A stretch of 49,425 nucleotides of DNA, from positions 1 to 49,425 of IMG/VR virus record IMGVR_UViG_3300037470_000539; one strand, given 5' to 3'. Source of the stretch: a virus (Duplodnaviria > Caudoviricetes). Positions 1 to 8,206 of the stretch are shown piece after piece; the first letter of the stretch is position 1, and every line of letters starts with the position of its first letter. Below the pieces are notes generated by a model. That model was not told the DNA's origin. It saw nothing but the letters and a program-made list of their open reading frames with translations, and did not search any database. Both the position numbers and the translations under genes were made by a program.

Positions 1-848
1 TCTACCGCGTGCCCTTCACCTCCGGCGACGACCAGGAAGTCACCTTCGGAGAGCCGGTCCGCGTCCTGCAACAGTTCACCGACGCGCCGGCCGCCGCCGC
101 CGCCATCGCCACCGCAGCCGGCGAGGCGAGGCACAGAGATCGCCCCCTCGCCACTTTCACGACTCGCCTAGAAGCCGGTCGTGAAGCCAGAAAAGAGGGG
201 GGGCCGACCCCCTCCGCTACAACTGGGGACATGGATTCGGCAGCAGAGCTCCGCAAAGTCCTCGGCCTCGAAGAGGACGCGACCGACGAGGCGGTTCAGA
301 CCGCACTCGCCGAGCGTGAGGAGAACGGCGGCGGGTCCGGAGACGAGTCGCAGACGCCCCCCGGAGAGGGCGGCGAAGGCGGCGAAGGAGAGGGTGCCCC
401 CGACTCGGGGGACGGTTCGGGAGCACCGGCCGGCGAAGGTGGCGAGTCCACCGAACCGCCGGCTGCCGCGACGACGCTGCCCGACGGCATGGTCGCCGTC
501 CCAGCCGATCAATGGGAGCGCGTCCAGAAAGACGCGACCGCCGGCGCTCAGGTCGCCGACCAGGCCGAGCAGGATCGGCGCGACTCGACAGTCGCCTCCG
601 CGATCCGCGACGGCAAGGTCCGCCCCGCCGACAAACCCTCCCTGATGAACTTGCACACGTCCAACCGCGAGGGCTTCTACACCCTCCTCACCGCCACCGT
701 CGAGAAGGGCGGGCTCGCACCGGGCCTGGTCCCGACGTCGGAGCGCGGCTCGAGCGAGGACCCGGCCGCCACGGCGACGTCGGGCGAGACGTCCGATGCC
801 GAGATGGCCGCACTCTTCGGCAGCGCCTACGCAGGAGGTAAGTCCTGA
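1..848 (+). CDS. C-terminal part of Mu-like prohead protease/scaffold protein (5' part at 48720-49425); probable internal scaffold start at ATG 231
   Basis: Open frame from the window edge. 'MDSAAELRKVLGLEEDATDEAV', an acidic linker and 'VASAIRDGKVRPA' resemble Mu gpI/Z-type scaffolds. Directly precedes the decoration and capsid genes. Confidence 0.8.
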   Translation, partial: YRVPFTSGDDQEVTFGEPVRVLQQFTDAPAAAAAIATAAGEARHRDRPLATFTTRLEAGREARKEGGPTPSATTGDMDSAAELRKVLGLEEDATDEAVQTALAEREENGGGSGDESQTPPGEGGEGGEGEGAPDSGDGSGAPAGEGGESTEPPAAATTLPDGMVAVPADQWERVQKDATAGAQVADQAEQDRRDSTVASAIRDGKVRPADKPSLMNLHTSNREGFYTLLTATVEKGGLAPGLVPTSERGSSEDPAATATSGETSDAEMAALFGSAYAGGKS

Positions 849-1249
849 TGGAGCAGCTCGCCCGTTACCCGATCAACCCGCTCACGGTCAAGGCCGAGGC
901 GGAAAAGCTTCTCGCCGGTCGCCTGGTCATCTTCGACGGTCACAGCGACGAGGGCGACTACAAGGCGAAACACGCCGCCGCGAAAGCGGCCCGTGTGCTC
1001 GGCTGCGTCGAGCGCGACACGCGCGACCCGAGAGCCGACCCAGCCCCCCACGCCCACGACTCCTACCTCCGCACTCGCATCGTGCGCGCCGGCTCGATCG
1101 CCCGCGTGCTCTGCTCCGGAGAGGTCAGAGCGGGCGAGGAAGTTCAGACAGCGGCCGACGGGAAGGCGATCGTGCTCTCCGATGGCACGGCAGTCGGCAT
1201 GGCGTTCACGGCCGGAAAAGACTCGATCATCGAAGTGGAGCTCTACTGA
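848..1249 (+). CDS. capsid decoration/cement protein (DUF2190-like)
   Basis: 133 aa between scaffold and capsid; 'VRAGEEVQTAADGKAI...AVGMAFTAG..IIEVEL' pattern; TGATG coupling. Confidence 0.7.
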   Translation: MEQLARYPINPLTVKAEAEKLLAGRLVIFDGHSDEGDYKAKHAAAKAARVLGCVERDTRDPRADPAPHAHDSYLRTRIVRAGSIARVLCSGEVRAGEEVQTAADGKAIVLSDGTAVGMAFTAGKDSIIEVELY

Positions 1250-2295
1250 TGAAGCACGACCCGACAGGTTCCGAGTTGCGCCGCCTCCTCGACCGCGCAG
1301 GCCTTGCCGACGTCGAGCTCACCGAGGACGGGCGCCTTCCGGCTCTCGCCGGCAGCGACGACCCGCCGCAGACGCCGGTCGGCCAGCCACTCGGCGGCGC
1401 GACCGTCAGCGGCACCGAGGTCACGGTCGACACCTACGTCAACCCGCCGACGGTCATCCCCGGCCGCATCCGCAACCTGGTCGCGGCCAACCAGGGCTAC
1501 TTCGCCGAGGACATCTTCGCCACGCCCGGCTTCACCGTCCAGGGCGGCGCCCTCATCTACGAAGAGACCTTCCCCGAGGACTTCTTCGTGCCCGAGGATC
1601 AGAGCTTCACGCCCCGCGCTCCGGGCACGCCGGCCCCGCGTCTGGGCTCGACCCGGCGCGAGCCGAAGGTCGCCCGGCCCGAGAGCATGGCCGGGTCGAT
1701 CGAAGTCACCGACGAGGCCCGCCGGCGTAACCAGGTGCTCGGCGTTCGGCGCCAGTTCCTCCAGGCCGCCAACACCATCGCCGACCGGATGCAGAGCCGC
1801 GCCATGCAGGTCATCGCCGCGGCCGTGTCCGACTGGGGCCGCCAGCTCGAGGGCGAGGCCTGGCGCATCGAGCGCGCGACCGGCCTGGTCAACGTCGATC
1901 CCTTCACGATGCCCCACAAGGACATCGCGCTCGTCCAGAAACAGTTCCAGGACGACAGAGCCGGGGTGATGCCGGACACGATCATCCTCAACACCGCCGA
2001 CAACTACTACCTGACGGTGCTCTACTCGAGCTACCCGAACGGTGGGGTCGACGGGATGCTGCGCGACTTCGGCATCACGCAGCGGCGGGTCAGCCCGCTC
2101 GCCCCCGAGGGCGCGCCCTACTTCCTCAAACGGGGGCAGGTCGGCTCGATCGTCTTCGAGAAGCCGCTCGACCAGGAGAAATCCCGCGACGGCGAGGCGA
2201 AGACCGACATCTTCACGCTCGACATGGCGCCCCTGCTGGTCGCCGACGACGCCTCCGCGATCCTCCAGCTCACCGGCGTCTCCAAAAGCTCCTAA
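1249..2295 (+). CDS. major capsid protein
   Basis: True start is ATG 1249 (TGATG overlap); ~348 aa. 'GSIEVTDEARRRN' and 'MPDTIILN' are typical HK97-fold capsid motifs; synteny agrees. Confidence 0.8.
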   Translation: MKHDPTGSELRRLLDRAGLADVELTEDGRLPALAGSDDPPQTPVGQPLGGATVSGTEVTVDTYVNPPTVIPGRIRNLVAANQGYFAEDIFATPGFTVQGGALIYEETFPEDFFVPEDQSFTPRAPGTPAPRLGSTRREPKVARPESMAGSIEVTDEARRRNQVLGVRRQFLQAANTIADRMQSRAMQVIAAAVSDWGRQLEGEAWRIERATGLVNVDPFTMPHKDIALVQKQFQDDRAGVMPDTIILNTADNYYLTVLYSSYPNGGVDGMLRDFGITQRRVSPLAPEGAPYFLKRGQVGSIVFEKPLDQEKSRDGEAKTDIFTLDMAPLLVADDASAILQLTGVSKSS

Positions 2296-2301
2296 GGCGG
2301 A

Positions 2302-3495
2302 GTGAGACAGCCCGAGCGCCTTCGCATCCTGGGGGCCACGGCTCAGACGGAGCGCGGCCCGGTTGCGCTCAGGCGCCACGATTCGATCCCCGACGACCTC
2401 CTGCCAGGCGAGCGGGAGCGCCTCGACTACGCGATCGAGCCGGTGCCCGGTCCCTACGCCGCCGTCGACATCTTCACCACGCAGCCGCACTACTTCGACC
2501 ACGTAGCGCCGGTCTCCCGCGCCCTCCAGGCCCCGATCCAATGCCCCGAGGGCCTCGCACGCCGGCGCGGCCACCTTGCCCCCACCGCGCCCTACAACGG
2601 CTCTCACGCTGTTCGCAACCACGACACCGCTCTCGTCATGGGCCCGGCCGACATCAGGACGGCCGTGCGCTTCGGCTGGAAGCGGATCGCCTACCTCTGC
2701 CACGGCATCGGCCAGGACTACAACCGGCTCCTCTCCGCCGCGGCGCCGGGCGAAAACATTCCCTGGGACAAGGTCGACGTCGTGCTGCTCCCCTCCTACT
2801 TCGCCGAGAAGCGGTTCCAGCCGCTCTGCCCGGCGGCCGAGAAGATCGTCGTCGGGCAGCCGAAGCTCGATGAGCTGAGCGCCCTCCCTCACCCCCAGAC
2901 ACGCACCGCCGCGCTCAGCTTCCGCTGGTCGCATCAGCGGGCGCCCGAAGCGAAAGGCGCGATCGACCACTACCGGGACGGGCTCGCACAGGTCGCCGCC
3001 TACGCCGCCGCGCACGGGATCGACCTACTCGGCCACGGCCACCCGCGCATCTTCGGCAACCTGAAGACCGTCTACAGCAACGCGGGCATCGAGCCGGTCG
3101 CCGACTTCGCCGACGTCGTGCGCCGCGCCGGCGTCTACGCCTGCGACAACTCCTCGACCCTGTTCGAGTTCGCCGCCCTCGACCGCCCCGTCGTCGTGAT
3201 GAACGCCCCCTGGTACCGGCGCACCGTCAACCACGGCGGGCGCTTCTGGGACTGGGCCGATGTGGGCGAGCAGGTCGACAGCCCCGCCGCGCTCGCGCAG
3301 GCCATCGCCCGCGCCTTCGATGACCCGACCGCCGAGAGCCGCCGGCGAGTCGTGGCGGAGGTGCTGCCCCGCGCAGACGGCAGAGCCGCTGAGCGGGCCG
3401 CTGAGGCGCTGGTCGAGCGGTTCCCGGCCGAACCCCGCCCAGCTACCGCCCAGCCCCTCCAGGGGCATCGGGCGGCGGCTACGATGGCCCTGTGA
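2302..3495 (+). CDS. CDP-glycerol glycerophosphotransferase (TagB/TagF-like) / GT-B fold transferase
   Basis: Motifs 'HGI', 'VVGQPKLD', 'GHP', 'ACDNSSTLFEFAALDRPVV', 'DGRAAERAAE'. Confidence 0.7.
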   Translation: MRQPERLRILGATAQTERGPVALRRHDSIPDDLLPGERERLDYAIEPVPGPYAAVDIFTTQPHYFDHVAPVSRALQAPIQCPEGLARRRGHLAPTAPYNGSHAVRNHDTALVMGPADIRTAVRFGWKRIAYLCHGIGQDYNRLLSAAAPGENIPWDKVDVVLLPSYFAEKRFQPLCPAAEKIVVGQPKLDELSALPHPQTRTAALSFRWSHQRAPEAKGAIDHYRDGLAQVAAYAAAHGIDLLGHGHPRIFGNLKTVYSNAGIEPVADFADVVRRAGVYACDNSSTLFEFAALDRPVVVMNAPWYRRTVNHGGRFWDWADVGEQVDSPAALAQAIARAFDDPTAESRRRVVAEVLPRADGRAAERAAEALVERFPAEPRPATAQPLQGHRAAATMAL

Positions 3496-4226
3496 GCTAC
3501 TCGCGCACCTTCAGCGGCTATGCACCACCTGCGCGCGGGGAAGACGACGAGCCATTCATCACCGCGCGCATCCGTGAAGCGCTGGCCCTCGACGGGCCCT
3601 TCACGACCATCGAGGAGATCGAGCTCGACCCCGTCGACACCGATCCCTCAAACCCCGCGGCGCGCACGCTGAGCACCGACAAAGCCGAGCTCGACCCCGC
3701 CTACTACAGCATCGTTTGGGTCGACGGCGACGACGTGGAGGCGGAGGGGCCGGTCATCTACGCGTCCGGCTCTTCGCTCTCCTGGGCGCCGGCGGTGCAA
3801 GACATCGCCGATCTGCTCTGGGCCCGCACGAAGGACACCGGCGGCAACGAGGGCGAGTTCAACGAGAACACCCGCCCCACCGCGACGCAGGTTCAGCGGC
3901 TCATCGGCAGAGCGGTGCGCCGCGTCGCCTCGGCGATCGGCATCGACCCCTGCACGGGGGACTTGCGCGAGGATGCGCGGGCGGCCGCGGCGCTCTATGC
4001 GGCGATGCTGGTCGAGCAGTCCTACTTCCCCGAGCAGACCCGCAACGAGGGCTCTTCGTTCGCCAGTCTCAACTCGCTCTGGAAAGACGCGATCAGAACC
4101 CTCACCGAAGCGGTCGGCGAGCGCTGCGGCGGCGGTGACGGCAGCGCGGTCGGGGGGACCGGCCAGATGCCTTCCTCCAACTTCGACGACCGCACAATCC
4201 TCGGCCCCGCCGGACCCGCCTGGTGA
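3492..4226 (+). CDS. head-to-tail adaptor (with extra N-terminal domain)
   Basis: Synteny after capsid; 'TRPTATQVQRLI...AAALYAAMLVEQSYFPEQ' adaptor-like helical half. Confidence 0.6.
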   Translation: MSYSRTFSGYAPPARGEDDEPFITARIREALALDGPFTTIEEIELDPVDTDPSNPAARTLSTDKAELDPAYYSIVWVDGDDVEAEGPVIYASGSSLSWAPAVQDIADLLWARTKDTGGNEGEFNENTRPTATQVQRLIGRAVRRVASAIGIDPCTGDLREDARAAAALYAAMLVEQSYFPEQTRNEGSSFASLNSLWKDAIRTLTEAVGERCGGGDGSAVGGTGQMPSSNFDDRTILGPAGPAW

Positions 4227-4732
4227 CGCCCCTCACCCTGCACTACACGGTCAGCGGCGACGAAGAGGTCGAGCACGACCTGCTCGGCATCGGCGCGCGG
4301 GCGCTCGAGCCGCGCCCGATCCTCGAGCGGCTGGCCTCACATCTGCGCAGAAAAGAGGAAGAGCTCTTCGAGTCAGGCGGAGCCGGGCGCTGGGAACCTC
4401 TCGCCCCCACGACGATCGCGCGCAAGGGCAGCTCGACGATCCTGGTCGACACCGGCGCCCTGAGGGACTCTCTCACCGAAGAGGGGGCCGCCGACCACTT
4501 CGAGCAAATCCTCGGCGAAGAGCTGGTCTTCGGCACCTACGATTCCAAAGCGGGCTACCACAGACGCGGCACGTCGCGGATGCCGGCGCGTGACCCGCTC
4601 GTCACCGGCGCCGACCTCAACTTGCGCGAGATCACGCGCGAGATTCAGGCGTACCTCATGGGGCTGGAGCGCGGCGCGTTCGGCGTCTCGCCCTTCTCGA
4701 CCGCCACCCTCGATCCCTTCGGCCTGCAATGA
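4223..4732 (+). CDS. phage virion morphogenesis protein (Mu gpG-like neck/tail completion)
   Basis: 'WEPLAPTT...ILVDTGALRDSL...AGYHRRGTSRMPAR' signature. Confidence 0.75.
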   Translation: MTPLTLHYTVSGDEEVEHDLLGIGARALEPRPILERLASHLRRKEEELFESGGAGRWEPLAPTTIARKGSSTILVDTGALRDSLTEEGAADHFEQILGEELVFGTYDSKAGYHRRGTSRMPARDPLVTGADLNLREITREIQAYLMGLERGAFGVSPFSTATLDPFGLQ

Positions 4733-5388
4733 GCCTCTTCGGCCTGAGCCTCGATGGCGCCGACGCCGAGCGCGCGCTGCTCGCGCACCTCAGAGATTGG
4801 ATGCCGACCTACATTCCCGAGATCCGCCGGCAGAAGGATCCCAGCGAAAGACGCTGGCCCAACGGCGTCTCGGCGGTTCGCTCCTACCGGGTGACGCACT
4901 TCGTCGCCGAGAAGTGGCCTGAGGATCAGATTCCGTGCCTGATCGCGCACTCCCCCGGCATGGCCGACGATCCGATCCAAGAGGGCGAGGGCGTCATAAG
5001 CGCCCGCTACCTGGTCATCCTGCTCGCGATCGCCGAGGCGCGCGACGAGGAAAACACTAAGGAGCTCGCGCGCCTGTATTCCAGCGCGGCGCGGATGGCG
5101 ATCATGCAGCACCCGGACCTCAACGGATTCGCCGAAGGAGTTGCGATGGGGCGGGAAGAGCCCTTCCCGGTGCGCAAGGGTGTCGATGCCGAGCGGACAC
5201 TCATGGCCGTGCAGGTGCCCTACATCATCGACGTGGCGAACATTCTCGACGTGAGCCGCGGTCCCGCCTCCCCGCTTGAAGACCCCGAAGACCCGCCCGC
5301 CGAGAACCCGCACGTCAGAGAAGGTGGCGGCAGCGTCGAGGTCTCGCCCGTCCAGGCGCTCAGAGATGGCGGTTTCTGGGATAGCTAG
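4729..5388 (+). CDS. putative tail terminator/completion protein
   Basis: Synteny between neck gene and sheath; coupled start. Confidence 0.5.
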   Translation: MSLFGLSLDGADAERALLAHLRDWMPTYIPEIRRQKDPSERRWPNGVSAVRSYRVTHFVAEKWPEDQIPCLIAHSPGMADDPIQEGEGVISARYLVILLAIAEARDEENTKELARLYSSAARMAIMQHPDLNGFAEGVAMGREEPFPVRKGVDAERTLMAVQVPYIIDVANILDVSRGPASPLEDPEDPPAENPHVREGGGSVEVSPVQALRDGGFWDS

Positions 5389-5432
5389 TGGGCTGAGGTG
5401 GGGGGGCGGCATCCCCGTCTAGCATCGGAGGC

Positions 5433-6947
5433 GTGAAGATTCTCCGCCGCCTCTCGTTGGGCCTTCTCTTCGGCCTCCTCGCCTACAGGGTGCTGCCCGG
5501 CCACACGGTCACGATCGGCGAGAGCGCCGCATCGCCCGGCGACGCGCCCAGCACCTCGAACGCCTTCTGGGTCGGCTACCTCGAGCGCGGCCCCGTCGAC
5601 GCGCCGATCAAGGTCATCAGCCTCACCGACGCGGTCGAGAAGGCAGGCGACCGCCTCGCCGCCGATCCGACCCTCTACGACTCGATCGACGCCGCCTTCC
5701 GCGAGGGTGCTTCCGTCATCTACCTCGGCCGCATCGTCGGGCCCGACGCCGCCACCGCGATCGGCCAGCTCATCGACAGAGACAGCCTGCCGACGCTCGG
5801 CATCAGCGCCACTTCGGAGGGCGACTGGGGCAACGACATCAAAGTCTCCTGCGTCTTCGATGCCGGCGGGACCTTCATCCTCACCGTCTACTACGACGGC
5901 GCGATCGTCGAGGCGTCGCCCAGTCTCGCCAACGCCGGCGAGGCGGTGCTCTGGGCGCAGCAGAACTCCGCCTACATCGTGCTCGAGGACTTGACGACCG
6001 CCTACGAATCGGCCGAAGACCCGAGAACGCAGGACGAGACGCTCGAGGGCGGCGACTCCGATCTCACCAACGCGACCACCACGGAGCTCGAGGTCGCGCT
6101 CAACCTCTTCCGCAACGACCTCGGCGCCGGCCAGGTCGCCGCGCCGGGCTTCACCTCCTCAGAGGTCCACGACGCCCTGCTCGCCCACGCGGTCGCCAAC
6201 AACCGCCGCGCCCTGCTCGACCTGGTCGACACCGACGACGAGGACACCCTCGCCGGAGTCGCGCTCGCGCTGCGGGCCGCCGACGACAACGGCGCCCGCT
6301 TCGGCGGCGCCTTCGCCCCGCGCTTCAGAATCCCCGGCATCTCGGCGGGCACGACTCGCACGGTCCCCTACTCGGCGATTCAGACCGGCCTCATCGCTCG
6401 CGCCGAGGGCGCGGGGCTGACCCCCAACAAAGCCGCCGCCGGCAAGAACGGTCGCTGCCGCTACGCGACCGGGCTGACTCAGGACTTCACCGACGCCCAG
6501 CGCGAGGTGCTCAACGACTCCGGCGTCAACGCCGCGATCCTGATCCGCGGCATCCCGACCACCTACGGCAACCGCACGCTGACGAACCCCACCACCGACG
6601 GCGACTGGAAGAGCTTCTCGGCCTCCCGCCTCGTGATGGCCGTCGCCGCCGCATCCGCCGAGGTGATGGCCGACTACGACTTCGAGGAGATCGACGGCCA
6701 CGGCTACGTCTTCAAGAAGCTCCAGGGCGACCTCTCCGGCCGCGCCTGCATGCCCTTCTACCTCGCCAACAGCCTCTACGGCCAGACGCCCGAAGAGGCC
6801 TTCAACGTCAACACCGGCCCCGACGTCAACACGCCGACGACGATCGCCGCCGAGCAGATCAAGGCGAAGGTGGCGATCCGGGTCAGCTCAACGGGCGAGA
6901 TGCTCTTGACCGAAATCGTCAAAGTCCCGATCACGGAGAGCCTCTGA
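5433..6947 (+). CDS. tail sheath protein
   Basis: 'GYLERGPVDAPIKV', 'GDWGNDIKV', 'LNDSGVNA...YGNRTL' sheath motifs. Confidence 0.9.
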   Translation: MKILRRLSLGLLFGLLAYRVLPGHTVTIGESAASPGDAPSTSNAFWVGYLERGPVDAPIKVISLTDAVEKAGDRLAADPTLYDSIDAAFREGASVIYLGRIVGPDAATAIGQLIDRDSLPTLGISATSEGDWGNDIKVSCVFDAGGTFILTVYYDGAIVEASPSLANAGEAVLWAQQNSAYIVLEDLTTAYESAEDPRTQDETLEGGDSDLTNATTTELEVALNLFRNDLGAGQVAAPGFTSSEVHDALLAHAVANNRRALLDLVDTDDEDTLAGVALALRAADDNGARFGGAFAPRFRIPGISAGTTRTVPYSAIQTGLIARAEGAGLTPNKAAAGKNGRCRYATGLTQDFTDAQREVLNDSGVNAAILIRGIPTTYGNRTLTNPTTDGDWKSFSASRLVMAVAAASAEVMADYDFEEIDGHGYVFKKLQGDLSGRACMPFYLANSLYGQTPEEAFNVNTGPDVNTPTTIAAEQIKAKVAIRVSSTGEMLLTEIVKVPITESL

Positions 6948-7354
6948 TGCGTGTCGACCAGGAACGCGTAACCGTCAACATCGCCGGCAGAGACCTCGGC
7001 GTGTTCGACATCTTCAGCGGCGGCGCCGCCAAAGCGGAGAGCACGAAGCACCGCGCCGGCGGCATGGCCCCCGAGGAGTCCCTGGGCGGGCCCACGAGCC
7101 GCGACGACTTCACCTTGCAGCGCCTCTACAAGCTGGAGCGCGACCACGGCCTCGCCAAGTTCCTCGACGGCCAGGTCGGCATCGGCAGAGTCGTCGCCGT
7201 TCGCCAGAAACTTGCACGGGACCGCTCCACAAGCGGCGACCCGATCACGTACACCGGCACCCTCATGGGCTTCACCCTGCCGGACCATGACAGCTCGAGC
7301 GCGGACAAGGCAATGGTCCAGCTCGAGGTATCGGCCGACGAGTCGATCAGCTAG
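6947..7354 (+). CDS. tail tube protein
   Basis: 135 aa right after sheath; 'FSGG...HRAGGM...LGG...FTLQR' T4 gp19-like tube pattern. Confidence 0.8.
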   Translation: MRVDQERVTVNIAGRDLGVFDIFSGGAAKAESTKHRAGGMAPEESLGGPTSRDDFTLQRLYKLERDHGLAKFLDGQVGIGRVVAVRQKLARDRSTSGDPITYTGTLMGFTLPDHDSSSADKAMVQLEVSADESIS

Positions 7355-7381
7355 TCGGCCTCCACGAAAAGGAGATACCGA

Positions 7382-7978
7382 ATGACTGATGAGCTGGCCG
7401 ACCAGGGGGTCGAGGAGACCCTTGACGGCGAAGAGATGGCCGACGATCTGGCGGCGACGAACGGTGTCGCTCCCCCTCCGGTCTTCGAGCGGTTGCAGAA
7501 GGCATACGAGGAGGCCGGCGTCGATCGTCGCACCACCCTCCCCATCGTCCCCGGCCGCTTCGGCGGCAACTTGGCCGCGCGCTACCGCCCGGTCGACTGG
7601 GAGAGGATCCGCAGAAAGATCAAGCGCGCCGCCCGCGGCGGGATGACCGAAGAGGACGAGCTCAACTACGGGGCCTCTGTCATCGCGGAGGCCTGCGAGA
7701 CGATCCTGATCCGGCTGGAGGATGGCGCGGCGCTGGTCCCCCTCCACAGGGCCTACTCGAAGTGGCGCGACAGCGACCCTGTCCGCTTCGACGAGCGGCT
7801 CTGCGAGGCGATCGGCATCAACTACAACCCCGGCCTGAACGCGGCGGCAGTCTGTCGTCTCGTCTTCAAGAACCCGCAGGCTCTCAACGACCACTTCGCC
7901 GAGCTCGACGCTTGGCTGAAGGAGGCCGTCGCCGGCGACGATGAGGACGAGGATGGCACGGAGGAACGCCCTACCTGA
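7382..7978 (+). CDS. tail assembly chaperone
   Basis: Strong RBS (AAAGGAG); lies between tube and tape measure; acidic C-terminus. Confidence 0.7.
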   Translation: MTDELADQGVEETLDGEEMADDLAATNGVAPPPVFERLQKAYEEAGVDRRTTLPIVPGRFGGNLAARYRPVDWERIRRKIKRAARGGMTEEDELNYGASVIAEACETILIRLEDGAALVPLHRAYSKWRDSDPVRFDERLCEAIGINYNPGLNAAAVCRLVFKNPQALNDHFAELDAWLKEAVAGDDEDEDGTEERPT

Positions 7979-8196
7979 AGGAGCTAGCTGCCGAGGCCGC
8001 ATTCGATGTCGCGGCCTCGGCAGCACGCTCCGGCCTGCTCGACGCTTGGCTCTCTGCGCGCTGGCCCGACGAGATGGGTGTGCTCGAGACGATCCGCTAC
8101 CGGGCCGAAGAGCAACGCCGCGAAGAGCTCGACCGGCTGGCTCGCAACATAGGCGACCGCGTCGCCGAGGTCGTCTCGAAGCTGATCCCGCGCTGA
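7972..8196 (+). CDS. -1 frameshift extension of the tail assembly chaperone (gpGT-like); absent from the ORF track
   Basis: Open -1 frame 'YLKELAAEAAFDV...VVSKLIPR*' with phage-like codon usage, bounded upstream by TGA 7942-7944; no ATG/GTG near its 5' end. Confidence 0.65.
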   Translation, partial: YLKELAAEAAFDVAASAARSGLLDAWLSARWPDEMGVLETIRYRAEEQRREELDRLARNIGDRVAEVVSKLIPR

Positions 8197-8206
8197 GGGG
8201 GGCCGG

